Notes under the pieces: generated by a model | The model's input: only the letters and a program-made list of their open reading frames with translations | What the model was told of the DNA's origin: nothing | Databases searched by the model: none | In this document: positions 11,578-25,388 of the stretch, one piece after another | How positions within the stretch are numbered: the stretch's first letter is position 1 | How the letters are laid out: every line of letters starts with the position of its first letter | DNA from: Octopus vulgaris | Taxonomy: Eukaryota | Length of the DNA stretch: 64,000 nucleotides | Assembly: GCA_951406725.2 (NCBI GenBank) | Contig: OX597816.1 | Coordinates: forward strand, 147,808,001 to 147,872,000 | Reading direction: 5' to 3' | Position numbers and translations under genes: made by a program

Positions 11578-14325
11578 TTGCTTCAGGGTTTGAATATACA
11601 CCTGAATCTAAAAACGCGTAGTCGTTTTTAAATTTCGAAGATTTATTCACATACCATACTAGTTGGTGTCTTCCTCTCAGATCGCTCCTTCCAAGTCCAA
11701 GTAAATGGTTCGCTGCCCGACGTCTCCAGTGCGAGCAGTGGTGTGCCTCAAGGTTCAGTGCTTGGGCCCTTATTGTTCTTAGTCCTCATAAATGACTTGC
11801 CCGACGACCTCACGCAACACACCCTTCTATTTGCCGACGATGTCAAACTGGTCGCTCCTCGCGGTGATATAGAGGATCTTCGTCGATGCCTCCACCAAAT
11901 TTGGAGATGGTCTAACGAAAGGGACCTGTGTCTGAACGTGTCAAAGTGCTGTCATCTGCCTGTTGGCTCTCCTCCTGCAACTCGATTTCGAGCCGGGTCG
12001 TCTGCTGCTGGAGAGGACCGACCAGGTAAAGGACCTGGGTATCTTGGTAGATTCCCCCTTTTCGCCTTCGGCCCAGTGCGTCCATCCTGCCAACAAAGCA
12101 CGCGGAGTTCTGTTCTTGATTCGACGGTCATTCGGAATGCTCACAGCAGCCATATTCCTACCGCTCTATGTCACGCTGGTGAGACCCATATAGGAGTACG
12201 GGATTCAAGCCTCTTCTCCTTATCTCCTCAAAGACATACAGCATCTCGAAAGAGTTCAGAAGCTGGCTACCCGCATGGTTCTTGGTCTCAAGACTTTGTC
12301 TAATGAAACTAGGCTGAAGACGCTCGACCTTTATTCTCTAGAAAAACGGCGACGCCGTGGTGATCTCATTCTTGCTCACAACATCATAAGCGGAAAGTGT
12401 AACCTCTGGAAAGAGCTGTTCTTCACTCCTGCTCCAGAGCGTCGGCTGCGGAGTCATTCCGAAAAGCTCTATCTGCGACGATTTCATCTCAATCGAAGAA
12501 GAGGGGCTTTCTCCGTCCGGGTTGCGGATCCGTGGAATAAGCTGCCGGGCGAGATGGTGAAATGCCGACGACCGCTCGGTTCAAAGTCTCCCTTGACCAC
12601 AAGTGGCCTGAACTCTTTACATGAACACTAACAGGTACGTAACTCCATGCCCCCCTACATGGCCTTGCTTTTTGCTTTTTGAGCCAAAAAATTAACTAAC
12701 TAACTAACAAGTTTCGACAATGGTTTTGCTTATCAATTGTACAAATGTATAAATAAGGATTTTAGGAAAGTTTAATTTCTATAAGGTAAAAATTGGACAA
12801 ACATGTTTTAACGCTGAAATGTTCAAGTGTTTAATCAAAAATGAAATAGAAACTATAATAACGAGAGACATCCAAAACAAGAAAACCCAATCACACACTA
12901 AAATCTTTTGTCTTACCTATCAACACACAACCCAGAGAACATTGATGCATACAACATCTTCCATCAGAATATACCTCTCCTACTGAGCGACCTGCCAATT
13001 AAAACAGCTTTCGAAACGCATAAATTTCTTAAAAGTAAAAGACAATCCAAATCCCCCAAAACGTTAATTAACAGCACCAAATTACCCACCCAAAATACAA
13101 CCCCACTAGTCAAAAAATGCAACCACTTGAACTATGGCACTTGCATCAATTTATGGAAGGTTCAACATATGAATTCAAATCAGTTCAAATATTCACCATA
13201 AAAATCACTTCATCTGTGCATCGAAGAACTTAATTTATGTTCTCAAATGTCATTGGTGTGGTGGGGACTACACAGGTCAAGTCAAACTAGCATGACCTAT
13301 ATAACTGATCCGGGGCCCACGAACAGGAAAATTCCCGTAAGCAAATGGGATCAATGCCCTGCAGTCATAAATCCGAAATACCAAATGTTCCCTTCCTGTC
13401 AATGAACCAGAATCATTTCCACTCAATTCTGATTGAATAAGGAAACCATCCCTATTCGTTAAAAAAATAAAAGCGCACATAAATATTCTAGTATAACACA
13501 CCTGAAAGAGAAAACCCATTATTTCCACAAAAACCTACAAGACAACAGATATTAGTCGAAACGTTTAGGTAACAGGCTTCTTCGGGGATTCAAAACCCCA
13601 ACTCTAAATTACTATACACTTTCTCAAACAACAGTCACTGACGTCACCTCAGAAAGAAACCAATGAAATTTTTCTGTGGTCAGAACCGGACGTTCAGGAA
13701 AGAAAAGAAAAAAAAACAAATAGTGACTTCCTGAAGGAAACATCTAACCGGAACGATAAATGACTATCAAACAAAAACAAGTTACCGTGTCTATACCAGG
13801 TCAATCAGACAGCACGCTGAACGTTGCCAAAACAACAATATTTTGTCCAAAACGGAAAATATTTTTGATCAAAATAAAGTGACATTATGAAACCTACAAG
13901 CAAAACTATAACCAATCAAAAATTGGATTCTTTTCCGTAATATATACATATATATTTATATATATATATCAACTCTACCCTTTTCTCTTTTTTCTTCACT
14001 TTTTGCATATAAACTCAACGTGATCTTTCAATAGTATACATTTGTTATGATCTTCACCAAACATTTACACTTATATTACCAGCTATCCCCGTGAAATTGA
14101 TTGAAATTTCTGAGAATATTTGAACATATGAGCGTTAAGTCATGCTTGTCCAATTTTTACCTTTTAACTTTGCACTCTCCTAATCCATTTATTTATCTAT
14201 TCGTACCACTGAGATGCAAAAGTTTGTCGAAACTCTTAATAGTTCGGTATGTGAATAAATCTACAAAATTTAATAACGACTACGTGGTTTTAGATTCAAC
14301 TGCATTTTCAAAATCTAAAAACAAA
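11578..14325 (+). mobile_element. Decayed Penelope-like element with a GIY-YIG remnant and inverted pseudo-LTRs (interrupted by the CR1 LINE)
   Basis: KKCNHLNYGTCINL (~13110-13155) and FICASKNLIYVLKCHWCGGDYTGQ (13209-13280) fit the PLE Zn-knuckle plus GIY-YIG consensus. 11578-11661 joined to 12708-12835 is the reverse complement of ~14105-14325. Confidence 0.8.
11662..12707 (+). mobile_element. 5'-truncated CR1/L2-type LINE (RT C-terminal half, frameshifted), inserted into a PLE inverted repeat
   Basis: FLSDRSFQVQVNG..SGVPQGSVLGPLLFLVLINDLP..LLFADDVKL; VKDLGILVD; LYVTLVRPI; LYSLEKRRRRGDLI; FSVRVADPWNKLP. The 3' tail is (taac)n. Confidence 0.92.
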
Positions 14326-16590
14326 TTCTATCAAGGCCGGTTTATGGCGTTACTCTGTTTCCCATCCATAAAGGGTTCAAATTGATGACGCGTCGTCACA
14401 TGCCAATGCCTGATTACCTAAGACCACTTTATAATATAGAGGAGAAAGAATCTTGATACAAAATTCAAAAGTAAACAAGGGGATTATCTCCCTTTTCTAG
14501 TGAGTATTGACTTCCAGTCGTGGTGCCATCAATCGGCTATGACGGTAAACAATAGGGGATTATCTCCCTCTTCCACGAGTTATCAAATTTTTGTTCCCAA
14601 AAGGCCAGCACAAATTTCATAAAATGCAATTATCACTTAAAATCTCCGTTCTGGAGTGAAGTATGGCCCCTGGTTCGAGCGATCTTTTTAGGATCCCCGT
14701 AAGTTCGGCTATGCATAGCTTGCAGCGTTTCATACCGTTTATGTAGGGGCCTCGTCTTTCGAGGATTTTCCCTGAGATTGAATGTGGATTTCTGTCGTCC
14801 TTTAGTTGCCATACATGGCCAGCCAGCGATGTTACGTACCTACTTTCTGGGACCCGGAAGGAGGTTCTGTAGTTGAAAACACGTATTTAAATGAATTTGC
14901 CGTATAACCAATGTATTCTCGTGGACGCGCGATGTATGTGCTGTGTCTATTATTGTTGCCATGGGTACTGCTGCTGCTGCCGCTGCTACTGCTGCTACTG
15001 CTGCTGTTTATGTTGTTGCAATTGTGGCTACCGATGTCGTTGTTTTCGGCAGTGTTTTTGTTGCTGCTGCTGTTGCCGATGCTGATGTGTATAGAGCTAG
15101 GGCTGTAGGAGCTAACGCTGTAGGAGTTAAGGCTGTAGGAGCTAGGACTGCTGGTGTTGGTGCCGCAGGCGGTGGTGGTTGCGTCAGTAATGTTGTTAAT
15201 GTTACCGCCTCTGTTGATGTTGATATCAATTCTGCCGACGTTATCGCTGCTGTTGCTGTTTTCGCCGTTGTTCCTGCCGCTCCTGAAGTTGACGCTGCTA
15301 TAGCTAGAGCGGAGTCTGTTGGTGTTGTTGGTGTTGGCGAAGGTGGGGCTTGTGGTGACATTGGTAATGCTATCGCTGTTACTGTTGCTACAATCGGGGT
15401 TGTGAGGCTTGTCGGTGTGGACTTTTCAGGTCTGCTACTGTGGGCATCAGGAAAGCTGTTAAGGCTGGCGTTATGGGCGACGCCACTGTAGCCGATGTTA
15501 GTGATGGTGCTGTCGAGGTTGTGGATGGCGTTGTCGTTGGTGCTACTGTTGTTGACGTCGCTAACGCTGTCTGCTGCGGTAGTGGTGGCGGTATTGTTGG
15601 CTCTGTTGTTGGCCCTGGTACCGTATTTGCCGGTGGAATTGGCAGGGTTTGCTCGTACTTATAGTATGGGGCCGCGGCGTCAAAGTAATCTTGGTTAGAG
15701 GAAAGGCTCGAAATGCAGGTTCTTGAATACGATGGGTGGGTGACAGGATGCCGTGTTGATGTAAGTATGTCTCTCGTTTAGTTTGCGGTAGGGTCTGTAA
15801 ACACCGGAGCCCAAGTGTAGCATGACATCCGTTGTGGCGATCTTCAATCTCGTGGAGGTAAGCGTGTTGATTAAGTGCTACCTAGGCCCATCTAGTCTAC
15901 GCAGTTTGATTCCCTGGAGATGGGTGTCATCCCTGTAGACGCCAAAAGAGGACAGAGGAGAATTTTTCGTAAGGGTATCCTGGATATATAACCTTTTGAG
16001 GTGACACCCGTCAGCTCTGTCGTAAGCCCCAATCGCTACCTCAAAGGAGCCCGTGAGGTCGCATTGTTTGACCCATGCCGAATCTTTGTTGAACAGTAAT
16101 CTCTTTCTTGCATGCATAATAATTTTTACATCTCTATCGTTAAGGCTAGTAAAGCCCCTAGCGAAAGAAAGCACTTTGGTAAGTAATCCTTTTGATATAG
16201 CCGAATGCATGAGGATCCTAAAATACTCGCTCGAACAAGGGGCCATAATTAACTCCAGAACGGAGATTTCCGGGCCATGCTTATATTTTAGGAAATTCCT
16301 GCTGGTGTTTTCGGAACCGGAAGTTGATAGCTAGTGGATGAGAGAGATAATCCCCTATTGTTTACCGTTATAGCTGACTGATTGCGACACTGTAGGAAGT
16401 CGATAGCCACAAGCAAAGGGAGATAATTCCCTTGTATACTTTTGCATTTTGTATCAAGATCTTTCCCCTCTATATTCTCAAGATATTTTACGCCATCAGG
16501 CATTTGGGTGTGACGACACGCGATAAAGTTGAAGCCTTTATGGACGAGAAACCCAGAGTAACCCCATAAACCGGCCTTCACCAGAAAATT
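14325..16590 (-). mobile_element. Decayed Penelope-like element (RT-thumb-GIY-YIG) with a ~390-bp inverted terminal duplication
   Basis: Minus strand: SAISKGLLTKVLSFA..IIMHARKRLLF..WVK..FEVAIGAYD..GVYRDD (RT); YRPYRKLNERHTYINTASCHPPIVFKNL (thumb); EYIGYTANSFK, TSLAGHVWQLKD, PYINGMKRCKLCIAE (GIY-YIG). 14333-14716 is inverted at 16196-16579. Confidence 0.88.
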
Positions 16591-17264
16591 ATATGCGTGT
16601 GTGTGTGAGTGTGCGCGCGTTATATTGTTATATAAGACTTGAAGAAAATTATCAAGTCTTCAAAAACTCTTGAAACTTGATTTGTCTCTCACACTGTTAT
16701 TGGGTCTTTTCCAGTGTAGATTTGCATTTTCGAGGCACAAGATGTTTCACTGTCACAGATTGACCAAAGTTTATTTCTTTGTTTCCCTGGTTTTGAAGGA
16801 ATATATGCGCGGAATGGGTAGCGCTCTCTGAATGAAACTAAGGAAACTGTCATGCATGAACTTGGAACATATCCATCTTATCATTATAGCATTTCATTAT
16901 AGGGACAGCACTTCTCTGAAACGATTGTAAGATGCTTTAAAAACTTAATAGAACACTTTTAAACTGTCACATACATTATATATTTATACTTATAAATATG
17001 TACATATATTTTTATATATATTTATAAATTTAATACAACAATTATTTTACACGCGTATATATCTTTCTGAAGAATTTTCTAATATTGATTTCCCGATATT
17101 AATAATAATATATTATAAAATATATATAATGGTTCGTATTAAATATATAAATACTTTAATAGTATTAACACTTTGATACAATAGAGCACTCAATATAAAT
17201 TCAGTATAGAATATTCTCATTGACTATATTTAACGAAAGAGATTTATATATATACATATGTGTG

Positions 17265-17317
<53 letters not shown>

Positions 17318-18449
17318 ATTTTTATTCATTTTTCTTACGAAATAGTATTATATATCCATATGTAACTTAAGCAAGTCACGTTTAGAAGAATCCTGTCTTC
17401 TTAATTTGAAAAATTTCTGCAAGACACGAGACACTATAGAAAGCATTACAATATTACATAATCTGCTTTATCTAAGTGGTACTCTGTATTCATTTTCTAC
17501 CAAAATTGTTATTTGGAAAATTAGTTTCATTGCTGCTCATTTGGATGTCAGCCTTAACTAATAATACTTTTGAGTAGAGTTGTTTAAGCGGAGCTTATTC
17601 TTTTCTTTTTGTTTTTGTTTTGATTTTTTTTTTTCAAAGAGGAAAATGCATGAGGAAAAATGTACTGCCTTTTCTTTTATGTTCTACATAGCTTGAGATA
17701 ACTTGAACTGGAATTCATATCCAAATACAAAATATTTTCCTTACGTTTTCCTAGTTGGCGATCGATCACGTTCTTTCTTGCCAAGCGTAAGCATCTAAGA
17801 TTTCATTATTCATATTCTTGGTTACAGTACATTTTCCTCCTTTAACTACATACCTCGCCCAAATGAAACATTCCAAGAAAAAAATTCTATCATTCGCAAG
17901 ATATATTCCTATATTTAGTAAGCTAATAGTTTATTAGAAAGTTGCTAATATCCCGTATATTTTTCCAAATGTTGCTCGATTTCTTTTTTATTATTTTTTT
18001 AGTACGATTACTTTGTATATTACATTTCACATTGAGAGCCATATGTTTATTTCATTAGATATGATATGTTTGTAACTATTTAAATCTTCTGTCAGTGACC
18101 TTACACTCATATTTTCCTTGTTTGAAATCATTCTGTGAATATTTGCACATCTTTAAATACGATATCCTACGACGATCGGAGAAAATGAATGATGGAAATT
18201 TTGTGTAAATACATCAGTTCTAAAGATGTTTTTCATTTATGACGGTAAAGTGAGTATTTCAAAAAAGAATAAACTCATCGACTCTCAGTTATTGAAGCAA
18301 AAGGCTGTAACCAGTGACTGACCAGCAATATGAATTCTGTTGGTTTTTTTTGTATTAATGTTCTGCAGAAAGAAGTCTTTTCCTATTTTCAACGCTTGTT
18401 AATGCATGGGCCGCAAGGAAGGAGGAGGCGAACGACGACGTCGACAACG

Positions 18450-18864
18450 AAGAAGGGGAAGAAGAAGAAGAAGAAGAAGAAGAAGAAGAAGAAGAAGAAG
18501 AAGAAGAAGAAGAAGAAGAAGAAGAAGAAGAAGAAGAAGAATGATGAGGAGGAGAAGGAGGAACAGGAAGAGGAAAGAGGAAGGAAGAGGAGGAGAGGGA
18601 GGAAAGAAGAAGAAGAAGAAGAAGAAAGAGAAGAATAAAAAGAAGAAGAAGAAGAAGAAGAAGAAGAAAGAAGAAAGAGAAGAAGAAGAAGAAGAAGAAG
18701 AAGAAGAAGAAGAAAGAGAAGAAAGAGAAGAAGAAGAAGAAGAAGAAAGAGAAGATGAAGAAGAAGAAGAAGAAGAAGAAAAAGAAAGAGAAGAAGAAAA
18801 AGAAGAAGAAGAAGAAGAAGAAGAAGAAGAAGAAGAAGAAGAAGAAGAAGAAGAAGAAGAAGAA

Positions 18865-18896
<32 letters not shown>

Positions 18897-19020
18897 AGAA
18901 GGGGAAGATGAAGAAGGGGAAGATGAAGAAGTTGAAGAAGAAGAAGAACAACAACAACAAGAAAGAGAAGAACAAGAAGAATATCAACGACAGCAAAAGC
19001 AGCAGCAACAGCAACAACGG
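18450..19020. repeat. Compound (GAA)n/(GAG)n/(CAA)n purine-rich microsatellite
   Basis: About 570 bp of mostly gaa triplets. Confidence 0.95.
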
Positions 19021-19485
19021 TGAGTGAAAGCAAACTGGGAGAATTTGATGAATAAGAGAATTGATGAGAGATGCTGGAAGAGGAAATTAGATGAACATGG
19101 AAAAAGGTTGGTCGAGTCAAGAACATGTGGAGAATTTTCAAAAAATCCCTCTACATCCGGAGAGTGCTGATGATTAATGGAGTATATTCTATGCATATGC
19201 ATGTATTTGTGTCCTACCATCACTCTAGCAGCATCAACAACACCATCAAAAAGAGAAAGAAAGTATCATTCCATTGATGAAGGTAGTAGCTGAATACTCA
19301 TTACATTATTTATTTTGATACTATCTTGTGATCTGTTAGTGAAGAGATTATCAATGAAAGATTAGTGAGGCAGAGGTAACGTATTTAGCTTGATATGCTT
19401 TAATAATACACATGCACTCACACACACATATACATATGTACGCACACATCCATCCATATATTCGCTTACATACTAACATACATGC

Positions 19486-19539
<54 letters not shown>

Positions 19540-19613
19540 GTATGCATGTATGTTTGTAAGCGAATATATGGATGTATGTATGTGTGTACGTATATATAGA
19601 TATATATACATAT

Positions 19614-19682
<69 letters not shown>

Positions 19683-22600
19683 CATACATGCACACACATA
19701 TGCGGTGAAGAGAAAGTGCTCTGTACAGAAATGATTAATGATGATGATAAAGGAGAAGAGGCGAAGGAAGAAGAAAGAAGAAGAAGAAGAAGAAGAAGAA
19801 GAAGAAGAAGAAGAAGAAGAAGAAGAAGAAGAAGAAGAAGAAGAAGAAGAAGAAGAAGAATGGAGGGGATTATAGGGTATCATTATCGATGATGATGTAT
19901 TCGTGGCAAAGAAACAGGAAAAGAAACGCTTGCTTATAGCTTCTTATCTTCTTGAACCTTAAATCAATCATTGTCCAGCAAACCCATGATGAAAGGAATT
20001 TAAGCTGTGAGTAGGCTCTCATGTTAGGAGTGAGAGTTGAGGCATATCTGTGCACTATTTAGAGTAGTCACACAATTATGCAGTGACTCCTTCGTTGGCA
20101 CTCTGCCTTAAGGATTATGATCAGGCGAGAAAATGGCGTCAAGTGACTCCAGCACATGATTAAAACGGCAAAGAGTGAACGAGGTATACAATAGCAATTC
20201 TGAGGATGGAAAAGGAACTACTGATGATTAAAATTTTGTTCTCGCTGTTATCCTAAAATCCGTTATGGACGGAAAGAAGGAAAAGATAAGAGAAGAGAAC
20301 CAGAAGGAGAAGTGAGAAGAAAAACAGAAGACGAAAGAGAAGGTGATGATGATGATGATTACGATGATGATGATGATCATCATCATGACTACAGCTACTA
20401 TGAATATAGCAGCAACAACAACATCCAAATAAAAGAAGAAACAAGCATCATGCCATTCATGAAAACAAATCACAACACTCAGTATCTATAGAAAATCCTG
20501 ACTGCATGCACTTATCTACTTTAAAAACGTATTTGAAATGTCCATCAATGAATAATTCTACGGAATTTTGAAGTGCCTACTTCAAGTCTTTATTTTTTTA
20601 ATAAACCTTTTCAATCTTTCGTGATTAATTTACATACCAGTTTGCTTTATTGAAATATAGCTAAACTGCAGCAGCCATGCTACACACGAAAAGCAAACAG
20701 AACTCGACAATAACAATAAGCATGGTAATGAATATATCATCAACATTACTATAAGTATTAACACAGCAAGAAGTAGCGAATTGAAGGAGGCAGGTGAAAT
20801 ATGCATTATATAGGTTGCATATTTAATATGAGGAAAAAGTATTTAAAGCAATCTACAACGTACATTCAATTATATATAAACATATTTTCCTTCAAGCATC
20901 TGAGCTCAAATCCAGTAGATTATAGTTTACTGAGTAAGCTAAGTGGTGCAGATGGATATGAACCGCAGTAATATGTTGATACGTAGGTCTTATGGATATC
21001 ATGTAACCACAAGACTATTTTGCTGTCGTACATCTCGGATGATGTGATGTCAAGTTTACTGGTGCTTATCACCTTGTCGGCTGCGATTGAAAATAGTTAT
21101 GATCAAAGGCATTCTAACCCGTACTAGCCAATTATATTTTCTTTTATATTTGCTACAAACCGAAACTGACCTCTTAAGAAACAGCCAGGATGTGGTTTGT
21201 GTGAGGCGTACTAAATATTTCAAGCAAGTCGAGAAAATAAGTAGAGACGGTCTCCATTCAGGAGGAAAACATAATTCAATTGATACACGCATGAAGGAAA
21301 TCCGCTTAAATTTATTCTGTTCAAGAGTTAAAAAAATTATATAAGAATAGAGAGAGAATCAGAAGACAGCAGCGGAAAAAGAAACATGTTCAGAGGTGAA
21401 GAGCATGTGTGCTGGAACCAACAGAATTAACCGAAATTTCCTCATTCACAGGGTCAACAATAGAAAGAGACAATAGCGATTAAGAATGTAAGGGTTCGTC
21501 TCCCATAATATGGGACCTATGCGACAACAGGAGAAACAATATAGCCATATGGGTTTGTAGTGATGAAGTGGACAAGTTGAAGAAAGACGCGGGAAAAATA
21601 GTAGGTAAATTATAAGGCGTGTGAAGGAGGAACACAGAGTGGATCAGGAGTAAGAGCAAGTACGATACGGGAAGAAGAGCACATCCTGCTGTAAGAAGAG
21701 CACATCCATTCACAGTTTTTAGAGCCATAAACAAAAATATACTGGATTTGTAAAACGATTTAAGTATAAACAAGAGAAATACTATGATGACTGAGAAGCG
21801 GATAGGTAATAACGAATAGAAACCATTTATGATAAATTAATGGCAAATAAAACATTAATAATCTACAAGCTGCAAAAATTCAGGGACCAAATGAAGTAAA
21901 AATCTACCCATCTAGGCCGCCAGCGAAGATGATCAGAATTGTAGGTTGAACTAAGTCTACGTATGCGGCAGTTTATCACTTAATGTTAAATATGCTGTTC
22001 TTTTTTGTTTTGTACACAAAGCAATACGTTTTAATTTGTCTTCATGAATTTTATTACATGTATTCACTAAGTCACATGATCATTGATATATAGCATGTAT
22101 ACACACATATATGATCTCGTGTTTGTAAACGTGTATGTATGCCTGTATATGTTTGTACAGCTCCATATGTTGTGTAACCCTTTTGTTACATTATTTGCAT
22201 TTGTAATTGTGACCAACAAGAACTAACAATCGTTATAATTAATTTGATAGGTATGTTATTTAGTATAAATATACACTTACCCATATACCATCATTATTAG
22301 CTGTACTCATGCTTAATTGTTGGATATTCAATCAACGTACGATATAATTTTCCTACAACGTTAATTACCTGCAAAAATAACAGCATTCCTTGTTGGTAGA
22401 TATCAATTATAAACATGAAAATTTCTATCAAAAAATGGAGATGTACCCCATCCCCATTATAAAATAGGATTCGATAGATATATTTTTCTTACCTGAAATA
22501 AAACCCATTATGTTTTCTTTCAAATATTCCCGACGTTCTCCTAAGCGTAAGAGCTAATTCGAACAATGTTACTCCATATCGTAAGACACTGGGACAGATA

Positions 22601-24490
22601 TATTAACTTTTATTTCCCAGTTAGTATGACGATAACTTGCTACGCAACATTGTTGAGGTTTTGATAATGGCGTACATGACAGAGTTAATGGTATATCTCA
22701 CTGGCACTTTATGCTTATGTTGAAATAGATTTCATCTGACATCAAATTTTATGATACAATCCGTTTTGTTGTCACAAAAGACGTTGTGCTAAAAGTGTCT
22801 TTCAAGGGACACCAGCGAAGAATTATTTCGCAAATCTATTATACGAAACACTTATAATAATTCTAAACTGTGTATGTATATGGTTCTTTATTACCGAAAA
22901 CATTTTTGCTTTTTATTTTGCAATTGTTACACATGATTGCTTCTTCTTACATCGATTAGAGGAAGATGAAAGACAACGTCTGTGGGAACATGATTTAAGC
23001 TAAGAACATAAAATGAAGTAACTAAATAACGCTAAATATGTTGCTTTGTCTCATACTCATTGTGAAGTTTTATCATCCTCACACACTTATAATAGTTTTA
23101 TTTTCACAAAATATTTTTTTAAACATACAGAAACACACATCTGGCTTCTGCTGAATCTATTATAATTCAGTTTTTACTAAACTGACCTTTGGAGATTTTC
23201 AACTTAAAGCAGCGATACATACCATTTCAAGATCTGTTTCTATTATCATTGCATCAAGGTGGCACTTCTATCGACAATAAGGACGAAAAACATGATAGAG
23301 ACGGGGAGTAAAGGATGCTGAGAGAGAAGATGTAAAATAATGAAAAATTTGTGGCTGTTGATGATAACGATTATGATGTTGAAAATATATTGATAATGAT
23401 AGTTATATAGAAAATAGTATTGTTGGTGGGGATAATGACAATGATAATGATAGAACACAAAATAGTAGATTGCATTAAGATTGCAATAGAGGGGATATAC
23501 GTACAATAGAGTATAATAACTATAAGGATGACTACGATGATGGTTTCATTAATACAAATGTGGATGATAATGTCGAGAAGGAAAACGATGAGAAAATAGA
23601 GGATGAGCAGGAGGGAGGAAAATGCGAGTAATTTTAACATGCAAAGTGTAATTAAATATGCACCTATTTCTCAAACATACAAAGTGTAATTACATATAAA
23701 ATTATTAGCCTCATTTTTTATATTTTGAGTGTCATTAATCATTATAATACATTTATCATAACTATAATAATACTTTTATCGTAATCATTTTTAATTTTTT
23801 TAAATAAAAATAAATGAGTATTGTACGTGTTTCTTGTTTTCATAACTGTTTACCTACTTTTGCACCACCCTGTAAGGACATTTATTATATGTACTATAAA
23901 TACTTTTCGTAAGCATATTCATCATAAGAATAAATATGTATTCTTTCGTTATTAAATAGAAGCGTGTGTGGAGTGAAGTGACAGAATTGCTGGAGCTTTA
24001 GAGAAAATATTTTTCTGCATTTGATTTGCACTGTGCGTGTTGCTTTCAAATAACGTTTAGATATCTTCGTCATTTATCTTTCCAATGTCGATAAAATAAA
24101 GTATCATTCAAGCAGTGGCGTACATGTAATCATCTAAAGCCCTCACCTTAAAATGGCTGGAATTGTATCTAAATCAGAAAACCTTATTATATTCCTGGTT
24201 ATGAAACGTTTTTTCTTTATATAAATTCATTTACGATACAAATACGCTGTCAAGTCTTTCCATTTTTTTAAAATTCGGTAGTTGAGTGTTGGGTAAGGCA
24301 GTTTAAAAACGTATATTGTCATAGACTATCTTAACCATATTGATCGTTTGTATATCGTTACCGGGTGTATATCTATCAAAACAAATATTATTGAAATGTA
24401 TTTTTGAAAAAATATATCGATTCGATTTGGGATTGTGTAAAGTCCAAAATTCGAGGTCTTTCAACTTTACCTGTGTTCAGTTAATATCGT

Positions 24491-24740
24491 GAAGGCACAT
24501 GTCTCAGTGGTTAGAGCGTCGGGCTCACATTCATGAGGTAGTCATTTTGATAACCGTTCCGGGCTGTGTCTTGTGTCCTTAAGAAAGACACTTTATTTCA
24601 CGTTGCTCCAGTTCACCCAACAGTAGAAATGATTTGCTACATTACTGGTGCTAAGCAGGATCGGCCTTCGCCTTTCCCTTGAATAACATTGGTGGCATGG
24701 AAAGGGGAGGCTGGTATACATGGGCGACAGCTGGTCTTAC
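24491..24740 (+). mobile_element. tRNA-derived SINE (second family)
   Basis: Head ggcacatgtctcagtggttagagcgtcgggctc; core gtgtccttaagaaagacactttatttcacgttgctcc. A related copy is at 57720-57930. Confidence 0.7.
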
Positions 24741-25032
24741 CCTTAGCTCTATTGTTTTTACCCTTTACTCTATTGCTTAAACAGGTATGCAGAACTTTGT
24801 AAACAAACCTACACATGTTCTTTTATTAGGTAAACCAAGGCGTGAAGGCATTTTTGCTGCTTTTGTTATTATGGGATTTAATCGTATGAATTAGTACTTC
24901 AGCCCTCAGTAACTGGATTTGTCAACTTATGTTTCAAACGGATGTAAAGTGGGTATGTGTGTGTGAGTGTTTGTATGTGTGTGTGTGTGCACATAAGCAC
25001 ACACACACAAACACCATATCTCTCTTTCTCTC

Positions 25033-25067
<35 letters not shown>

Positions 25068-25071
<4 letters not shown>

Positions 25072-25283
25072 AATTTAATCCAAACAAGAAAACACAAAAC
25101 ACAACAACGCAAGGACGTGGAACAAATATAGTATAATTGGACGCTCAGGAAAGAAGGGAAGAAGGAGGGTTAAACGTTTCGAGCGGAGCTCTTCGTCGGA
25201 AACATAGGAGAAGGAACGATCCAGAGAAGGGAAGACAGAGGAAAAAAAATCGCCAACGGTACACACAAGGTCACATTTTGAAA
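25068..25283 (-). mobile_element. PLE-terminus-like repeat with a minimal HHR (25169-25203, core CCGACGA)
   Basis: Reverse complement reads GTTT CCGACGA A GAGC TCC GCTC GAAA CG TT TAAC. The element lies between (TA)n runs. Confidence 0.7.
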
Positions 25284-25317
25284 TACATATATACATATAT
25301 ATACACACATACATATA

Positions 25318-25388
<71 letters not shown>

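Noticed and set aside
14943-15491. 182-aa Ala/Val/Gly-rich ORF on the plus strand
   Set aside because: It is the antisense reading of the low-complexity tract inside the minus-strand PLE, not a host gene.
16365-16420. Possible HHR in the pseudo-LTR of PLE 2 (ctgactgattgcgac..gtcgatag)
   Set aside because: Neither copy of the repeat has GAAA or a convincing core and stem I.
18330-19141. Long poly-E/K/R/F/L ORFs (also 43495-44407)
   Set aside because: They arise from stop-free (GAA)n microsatellites and are open in many frames, with no domain content.
24491-24570. tRNA-like sequences (also 6590, 7820-7896, 60328)
   Set aside because: They have A/B-box-like heads but no full cloverleaf and continue into SINE bodies.
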